This document shows positions 58,325 to 64,000 of a stretch of 64,000 nucleotides of DNA, in pieces. Under the pieces are notes generated by a model. That model did not search any database. It was not told the DNA's origin and saw only the letters and a list, made by a program, of their open reading frames with translations. A program made the position numbers and the translations under genes. The stretch's first letter is position 1, and each line of letters starts with the position of its first letter. The stretch is taken from positions 2,449-66,448 of IMG/VR virus record IMGVR_UViG_3300020171_000022, one strand, 5' to 3'. Origin of the DNA: a virus.

Positions 58325-60571
58325 ATGGCAAAAATTGATTTGAGTATTATAATTCCCAGCAGGCAGGAGATGTTCCTGAAAAGAACCGTAGAGGACATTC
58401 TCAAGAATATGAGGGGAAATTCGGAAGTTATAGTCGGCTTAGATGGCGATTGGGCTGACCCTCCATTGGACGATCATCCCAAAGTCCATATCATTCATCA
58501 TAGTAAGTCTATTGGACAAAGGGCAATTTGTAATGAGATGGCCAGGTTATCGAGGGCAAAATATTTAATGAAGTGTGATGCACATTGTTCTTTTGATGAA
58601 GGTTTTGACATAAAGCTGATACAGGACATGCAACCAGATTGGTGTTTAGTGCCCGTGATGAGAAACCTTTGGGTGTTCTCATGGATTTGTCCAGATGGAC
58701 ATACGAGATATCAAGGACCTTCTGGGGTCTGCAAAGAATGTGGGAAGCCTACGACGATGGAAATTAAGTGGGTTGCAAAGACAAACCCACAAAGTACCTT
58801 CTATGTGTTCGACCCGGAACCTCATTTCCAGTACGGAAATGCCATCAAAAGCAGGCCCGAGTATAAGAAAGCGATCGTGGAAACAGGCCTAACAGAAACG
58901 ATGTCTCTACAAGGTTCGTGCTTCATGATAGAAAGGGATAGATACCTCGAACTGAATTTGAATGATGAGGCTTTCGGGAGTTGGGGTAGCCAAGGCTTGG
59001 AGACTGCAATTAAAGTTTGGACAAGTGGGGGAAGAGTACTATGTAGTCACAAAACTTGGTATGGTCATTGCTTTAGAACTCAAGGTGGCGATTTTGGTTT
59101 CCCTTATGAAATATCCGGGAGACAGGTAGAGCGTGCTAAAAAACGGGCAAGGCGGATTTTCTTTGAGGAAAAGTGGGGGCCTCGGCAGGTACATCCTGTG
59201 TCATGGTTGGTGGAAAGATTTTGGCCTACTCCCTTTTGGAAGGAAGAAGACTTAAGGGTTCTCAAGGAGAAGGAGGCGAAGTTTTTCTCTACGCCTTTTA
59301 TCATAGACTCTTCTTTCAATAAGGTGAGTATGATCGTAGTCCCTCTTGCAAATTATGCAAGTCCGCATGAGGCGGCCGGTGGTGTTGATACGCTTATGTG
59401 TAGGCAAGAGATGCCCTCTGATACAGTGGGTCTTTCTTCTATTGATGGCGGCTCCGACAGTGGAACGAAACATATTGTCGGAATCACTGACCAGGGTAAC
59501 ATGAAAGGGGTTGCAACACGAAGTATTGTTACAAACAGTATGGTCAAGGACGGGAATGCTCTTGCACCTGCCCTTGGGGAGAGAACCAATGAGCCAAGCA
59601 TACGTGAATCGGTGAGAGAGGATATGTTCATTAAACCAGAAACGTCCGTATCCTTGCTTGTCCCTAAAGTTCTTCCAAATCCAACACCCAGTATGTTCTT
59701 CGACTCTGACCTTAGAAAAAAAGCGATCAATAACTCTTGTGGAAAGGGTAGGAATAATGAGATAATCAATATCAGCCATGATTCATCCTCCAGTGATGGA
59801 TTAGGGTTAGGAATGGAACGGTGCGATGAACATCGTTCCATTCTGAACACTATAACACAAGACAAAAAAATACGCAAGTGCGTGATATATTATTCTGATT
59901 GCCGCCTTGATCCAACGATCATGCAGGCAGTCCAAAAAAAACTACTTAAATCCCTCAATGGCAACGAACTAATCTCTATAACCCTCAAACCAATAGACTT
60001 CGGTAGAAATATTGTCCTTCCTCTTCAACGTAGCCACTTGAGTATGGCACGCCAACAACTTGCAGGGTTGGAAGCAACCACAGCAGACGTAATATTTTTT
60101 GCGGAACATGATTGCCTATATCCAAAAGAGCATTTTTACTTTACACCTCCAAGGAAAGATATCTTCTGGTATGACCTGAACTGGTGGAAAGTAAGAACGA
60201 GTGACGGTCAAGCTCTCCATTTTAAGGCCAAACAGGTATCAGGATTATGTGCCTATAGGGATATTCTGATTGACTACTACCGTAAAAGGGTCGCAATGAT
60301 AGAGATTGGGGAGATTGGTGGCAGGAGGCACTTTGAACCTGGGGGTCATCATCGCGATGCTTACAATAAACTCACCAATTTAGGTTTTGATACTTGGTTT
60401 TCGGAGATTCCCTATGTGGATATTAGACATGATACAACCGTAACCAGAAACATTTTTGACCCATCAGGATACAGGGGTCAAGTAACGGACTGGACTATGG
60501 CTGACGAAATTCCTGGGTGGGGTAGAACTAAAGGACGTTTCAACGACTTCTTAAGGGAGATTACTGCATGA
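58325..60571 (+). CDS. two-domain glycosyltransferase with an antisense HNH gene in the linker
   Basis: N-domain paralogous to 49375-50367 (KCDAH, QGSCF); C-domain paralogous to 50358-51035 (IYYS, FFAEHDCLY). Confidence 0.85.
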   Translation: MAKIDLSIIIPSRQEMFLKRTVEDILKNMRGNSEVIVGLDGDWADPPLDDHPKVHIIHHSKSIGQRAICNEMARLSRAKYLMKCDAHCSFDEGFDIKLIQDMQPDWCLVPVMRNLWVFSWICPDGHTRYQGPSGVCKECGKPTTMEIKWVAKTNPQSTFYVFDPEPHFQYGNAIKSRPEYKKAIVETGLTETMSLQGSCFMIERDRYLELNLNDEAFGSWGSQGLETAIKVWTSGGRVLCSHKTWYGHCFRTQGGDFGFPYEISGRQVERAKKRARRIFFEEKWGPRQVHPVSWLVERFWPTPFWKEEDLRVLKEKEAKFFSTPFIIDSSFNKVSMIVVPLANYASPHEAAGGVDTLMCRQEMPSDTVGLSSIDGGSDSGTKHIVGITDQGNMKGVATRSIVTNSMVKDGNALAPALGERTNEPSIRESVREDMFIKPETSVSLLVPKVLPNPTPSMFFDSDLRKKAINNSCGKGRNNEIINISHDSSSSDGLGLGMERCDEHRSILNTITQDKKIRKCVIYYSDCRLDPTIMQAVQKKLLKSLNGNELISITLKPIDFGRNIVLPLQRSHLSMARQQLAGLEATTADVIFFAEHDCLYPKEHFYFTPPRKDIFWYDLNWWKVRTSDGQALHFKAKQVSGLCAYRDILIDYYRKRVAMIEIGEIGGRRHFEPGGHHRDAYNKLTNLGFDTWFSEIPYVDIRHDTTVTRNIFDPSGYRGQVTDWTMADEIPGWGRTKGRFNDFLREITA
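59252..59779 (-). CDS. HNH homing endonuclease nested antisense in the glycosyltransferase
   Basis: RFFSKV..GCWIW..GYGRF, HRFTY, LDHTVCNNTSCCNPFH, KTHCIRGH; RBS GGAGG. Confidence 0.88.
   Translation of the reverse strand: MADIDYLIIPTLSTRVIDRFFSKVRVEEHTGCWIWKNFRDKQGYGRFWFNEHILSHRFTYAWLIGSLPKGRCKSIPVLDHTVCNNTSCCNPFHVTLVSDSDNMFRSTVGAAINRRKTHCIRGHLLPTHKRINTTGRLMRTCIICKRDYDHTHLIERRVYDKRRREKLRLLLLENP
59849..59877 (-). promoter_or_regulatory. sigma70-type promoter of the nested HNH gene
   Basis: TTGCGT-17 bp-TATAGT with extended TG, followed by a long hairpin at about 59809-59844. Confidence 0.6.
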
Positions 60572-60843
60572 CATATGAATGTGAATGGTGTGATGGAGAA
60601 CTAAGGGAGATCATTAATAGCAAAAAGGCTATCTGTTCTCAATGTATGGCCGAACACTATTGGAATGACTCTGTATATAAACCTGTTTGGAAAAACCATC
60701 ATACAATATGTCAGATACTCCGAGAAATCCATTCATTAACAGAGAATGAAGAAATTCGATCAAGATGCAAGTTGGCCATAACAATGTCCAAAAAGATGCA
60801 CGAAAAATTAAAACAATATAAATCTAAGGAAATTTCAGAATGA
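60568..60843 (+). CDS. small protein, paralog 1 of 3
   Basis: HTICQILREI...CKLAITMSKKM..KL motif plus N-terminal Zn ribbon. Confidence 0.65.
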   Translation: MTYECEWCDGELREIINSKKAICSQCMAEHYWNDSVYKPVWKNHHTICQILREIHSLTENEEIRSRCKLAITMSKKMHEKLKQYKSKEISE

Positions 60844-61073
60844 TAGATGGAATCCCTGAACCTGTTAGTAGAAGAGAAATGAGAACTACGAAATTCGTAG
60901 GGAACAGCACTATTTGCCAGACATTAAGGGATATATACGCTATAACAAAAAGAAAGAGAATTAAGACGAAGTGTAGGATTGCAATGGCTATGGCGAAGGC
61001 TATGGATAATAAGTTGCAAGAATATAAAATGATAATGGATTTGACTAATGGAATTAGAAGAAGCAATGAGTAA
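60840..61073 (+). CDS. small protein, paralog 2 of 3
   Basis: STICQTLRDIY...CRIAMAMAKAM..KL. Confidence 0.65.
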   Translation: MIDGIPEPVSRREMRTTKFVGNSTICQTLRDIYAITKRKRIKTKCRIAMAMAKAMDNKLQEYKMIMDLTNGIRRSNE

Positions 61074-61530
61074 AAGGAAATCTGTGAGAAGTTTTAGCGA
61101 TGAACCATTATCCAAAGAGGATATTAATCAGCTTCTCTGGGCAGGTTTGAAGTGTCCGTCGGCAGGAGGAATCCATCCACTTATGATTCTTGTGATTAAC
61201 GATAAGGAAACAAAGGAAAAGCTATGTATTGCGGCTCTTAATCAGGAAGCTATTAGGAGAGCTCCCGTAGTTCTTGTGGTAGCTGCCGATTTCGCAAGGA
61301 TGGTTAATCGCTATCACAAGAGGGGATACCGCTATTGCTATATGGAAGCAGGACATATAGGACAAAACATATCCTTAATGGCTGTATCACTTGGATTGGG
61401 ATGTGTAATGATTGGAGCTTTCAGGGATGCGGAAGTGAAAACAGTATTAGGTATTGAGGAAGATCCAATATACATTATTCCGGTTGGGAGGATGAAAAAT
61501 GCCTTATCAACGTCGGTCTCCCGTTCCTGA
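61048..61530 (+). CDS. nitroreductase family protein (SagB/ThcOx-like)
   Basis: KRKSVRSF, PSAGG, MEAGHIGQNI.L.A..LGLG...IGAF. Confidence 0.9.
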   Translation: MELEEAMSKRKSVRSFSDEPLSKEDINQLLWAGLKCPSAGGIHPLMILVINDKETKEKLCIAALNQEAIRRAPVVLVVAADFARMVNRYHKRGYRYCYMEAGHIGQNISLMAVSLGLGCVMIGAFRDAEVKTVLGIEEDPIYIIPVGRMKNALSTSVSRS

Positions 61531-61714
61531 ATCCGAGATGGATAGGACAATATATGATGGACATCATTCTGTATGCCAGATGTTAAGGGATATTTACCAT
61601 CTGACGGATAACCCTGATGCAAAACTGAAGTGCCGTATTGCGATGGCAATGACAAAAGCCATGAATGATAAATTAAAATGGTATAGCCAACAAAAACAGG
61701 AGAAAATGACATGA
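61499..61714 (+). CDS. small protein, paralog 3 of 3
   Basis: HSVCQMLRDIY...CRIAMAMTKAM..KL. Confidence 0.65.
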   Translation: MPYQRRSPVPESEMDRTIYDGHHSVCQMLRDIYHLTDNPDAKLKCRIAMAMTKAMNDKLKWYSQQKQEKMT

Positions 61715-62634
61715 CTACCGTAGCTGATGTAATAAGTCTGACAAGGGAATCCGTGCTTGATGACAGCGATTCGCAGAAGTATCTCTGGAGCAATACCGAA
61801 TTAATATACCTTCTTAATCGGTGCTACAATGAACTGATTAAGTCGGCATTGCCTATCACTGACCAATCTACTGCTGCCATCACTCAGATTAAACTCCTCA
61901 GTAATGTCGGGATATATGCCCTTGATTCAAGGGTGATTCAGGTGACTAATGCAAGGTTGAATAGTGATACTGCAAATTTGGTTAAAACTATAGAGGCTAG
62001 GTTAAATCAGACAGTATCAGATTGGAGGAATGAGACTGGGACTCCACGAGAGTATTGTCCTGGTGCATACTCTGGTTATTTATCCGTCTATCCAAAATTT
62101 GATGACACATGGGAATATGTAGGAGACTCTGATATATCCTTTGTGGCATTAACCAAAACGATCTCTCAGACGGGAGGTGATTTCTCTGGATTGGTAGCGG
62201 GAGATGAAGTCTATGTATCGGATACGGTGGCGGCAAATAATGGTTACCGAACCGTGGTTACAGTCGGCACTGATTCCTTTACGGTGAGCGAAACCATCGT
62301 TGATGGGACAATCACAAGTGCAACCATCCGCAAGGTTCGTGATACCCTGCTAATGACCGTTAGTCGTCTTCCGACTGCAAGATTTACAGTCACGGATATT
62401 ACCGGTGAGACGGTAATAACCGACATCAGAGATGACCATATAGACGGACTTGCGGATGGTATAGCAAAGAGAGCTTTTTTGAAACCTGATACCTACACCT
62501 ATTACCCACAGAAAGCTGAGTATCACCGTGGACTATTCGAGGAGTTTAAGAAGGAAGTGAGACGGGATATGATCCTACTTAATAAGCCGGATAGATCACG
62601 TGTGCCGAGGTCAGGCACGAGCATTTATTACTAA
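61711..62634 (+). CDS. putative head-tail adaptor / tail tubular protein
   Basis: R..LDD...WSNTELIYLLN, GTPREY, YP motifs. Confidence 0.7.
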   Translation: MTTVADVISLTRESVLDDSDSQKYLWSNTELIYLLNRCYNELIKSALPITDQSTAAITQIKLLSNVGIYALDSRVIQVTNARLNSDTANLVKTIEARLNQTVSDWRNETGTPREYCPGAYSGYLSVYPKFDDTWEYVGDSDISFVALTKTISQTGGDFSGLVAGDEVYVSDTVAANNGYRTVVTVGTDSFTVSETIVDGTITSATIRKVRDTLLMTVSRLPTARFTVTDITGETVITDIRDDHIDGLADGIAKRAFLKPDTYTYYPQKAEYHRGLFEEFKKEVRRDMILLNKPDRSRVPRSGTSIYY

Positions 62635-62742
62635 TTAAGGAGTTTAATAGATGACTGAAGATATTAAAATTGTTCAAGATTTAAAAATGATGTTTATCTA
62701 TTGGTTCAGACAACGAGATAAGAAAAGGATATAGAATAAACA

Positions 62743-64000
62743 ATGCCTCCTATTTTAGATCAAACTGGCTCAACCTTCAACCGTGGTGACCTTACTGCCA
62801 CTAATGCCTTCTTCTGGTCATCTCTTGACCTATCCCCTTATGCTGGTACAGACTTAGGCTCCACACCTTATTACATTGAAGTTTTAGACGGTGCTGGCAA
62901 GAAAGCCACTGGATACCTTGGAGCAGTTGGAGCAGGGGAGACATTGGGGAGTGAACAGATTGTAAATGGAAATATGGAACTTGATAGTGATTGGGCTGAT
63001 TATGGAACTCCATCAGTAAATGTCCGCAGCAACGAGCAGGCTCATGGGGGAACATATTCTCGCAAATTTGTGACGGATTCCACCGATTGGGAAGGAATAC
63101 GCCAGGATGGAATAATAACTGTTACTGGTCAATTATTTAAGTGGTCGGTATGGGGATATTGCTCTGCAAGTTCCCTTAGAATCGCAAGAACAATGGGGGG
63201 TGGTGGTAGTTATAGTACAATTACTGAAACAATGGTTGTTAATACGTGGACTCAGACTTCTCTTCGTTATTACACAGAAATTTTAGGTGGGAATAATGCG
63301 GGCATTATATTATTTTCTACGGTAAGTGGGATCACTGATTATATTGATGATGTTACTTCAAGGCGTGTCACCGATTGCCCAGTGACCGCAGTCCATATCG
63401 TCTCCTCTCTCAATGGCACAACAAGGAATTGGACAAGCATAGATAGTGGATTTAATCCAAATACGATAACGAGTTGGGGAATATATGACTCCTCTACGTT
63501 ATTGTCTCCCTCGGCATCTCCCTCGGCATCTCCCTCGGTCAGTCCAAGTGCTTCCGTAAGTCCGAGTGTTTCACCAAGTGCCTCTCCATCGGTAAGTCCC
63601 AGTATTAGTCCAAGTTTATCCCCATCGGCTTCTGTATCGCCTTCGGCATCTCCTTCGGCATCTCCCTCGGCATCACCTTCTCTGAGTCCTTCAGCGAGTC
63701 CAAGTGTATCTCCCAGTCCAAGTCCAGGTTCTCCAGGCAGTAAAGGGGATTTTACCAATGGAAACGCCTTTTTCTGGGCATTAATGGATCTTTCTCCTTA
63801 TGCTGGGACGGATGTAGGATATACCCCCTACCGTATTGTAGTGACAGATAGTGGTGCAAAGACTGCCACTGGCTACCTTGGAGCAGTTGGAGCAGGGGAG
63901 ACATTGGGGAGTGAACAGATTGTAAATGGAAATATGGAACTTGATAGTGATTGGGCTGATTATGGAACTCCATCAGTAAATGTCCGCAGCAACGAGCAGG
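62743..64000 (+). CDS. virion-region protein with duplicated domain and Ser-Pro linker (3' end outside the window; not in the ORF track)
   Basis: MPPILDQ... frame appears open to the window end; SPSx tract at about 63505-63730; domain repeated with 960 bp offset. Confidence 0.75.
   Translation, partial: MPPILDQTGSTFNRGDLTATNAFFWSSLDLSPYAGTDLGSTPYYIEVLDGAGKKATGYLGAVGAGETLGSEQIVNGNMELDSDWADYGTPSVNVRSNEQAHGGTYSRKFVTDSTDWEGIRQDGIITVTGQLFKWSVWGYCSASSLRIARTMGGGGSYSTITETMVVNTWTQTSLRYYTEILGGNNAGIILFSTVSGITDYIDDVTSRRVTDCPVTAVHIVSSLNGTTRNWTSIDSGFNPNTITSWGIYDSSTLLSPSASPSASPSVSPSASVSPSVSPSASPSVSPSISPSLSPSASVSPSASPSASPSASPSLSPSASPSVSPSPSPGSPGSKGDFTNGNAFFWALMDLSPYAGTDVGYTPYRIVVTDSGAKTATGYLGAVGAGETLGSEQIVNGNMELDSDWADYGTPSVNVRSNEQ
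62905..64000 (+). repeat. near-identical direct repeat (62905-63040 vs 63865-64000)
   Basis: 136 bp with one visible mismatch; second copy runs off the window edge. Confidence 0.85.

Noticed and set aside
48861-60571. host O-antigen locus or prophage boundary
   Set aside because: Genes are coupled within the phage late operon with structural genes on both sides; no wzx, wzy or gtrAB-like membrane proteins.
1-64000. integron integrase or phage integrase
   Set aside because: No ORF with tyrosine recombinase R...HxxR...Y or serine recombinase motifs was seen; one could lie outside the window.
62905-64000. diversity-generating retroelement TR/VR pair
   Set aside because: No reverse transcriptase in the window, only one mismatch in the shared block, and both copies lie in one ORF.
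1-64000. tRNA or rRNA genes
   Set aside because: No convincing cloverleaf or rRNA-like sequence was seen by eye; tRNAscan-SE would be needed to exclude them.

Overview
The window looks like most of a tailed-phage genome (podovirus-like, probably circularly permuted, diderm host inferred). Layout: virion, ejection and lysis genes (1-13.5 kb); a leftward recombination/accessory operon (13.6-20.7 kb); rightward regulation, methylase and replication genes (20.8-30.8 kb); small leftward early genes (30.8-33.6 kb); and terminase (with intein), portal, scaffold, capsid, a 12 kb glycan-synthesis cluster and adaptor genes (34-64 kb). The main finding is two integrase-less integron-type cassette arrays (9 and 8 attC sites). 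Each starts at a near-identical attI-like site that reconstructs to GCTTATTRCACTG|TTATCT when empty. Every cassette ORF is inverted relative to canonical attC polarity, so it is read from the phage operon, and six long attC sites encode the start codon of their own gene. The second system is a glycosyltransferase/methyltransferase/amino-sugar cluster together with at least five Ser-Pro mucin-like tracts in virion-region proteins, suggesting virion glycosylation. Also present: two TnpB-only IS200/IS605 elements with resolvable ends, an HNH gene nested antisense inside an intact glycosyltransferase, and several repeated RNA-like motifs. All product calls are by-eye motif recognition; no searches were run.
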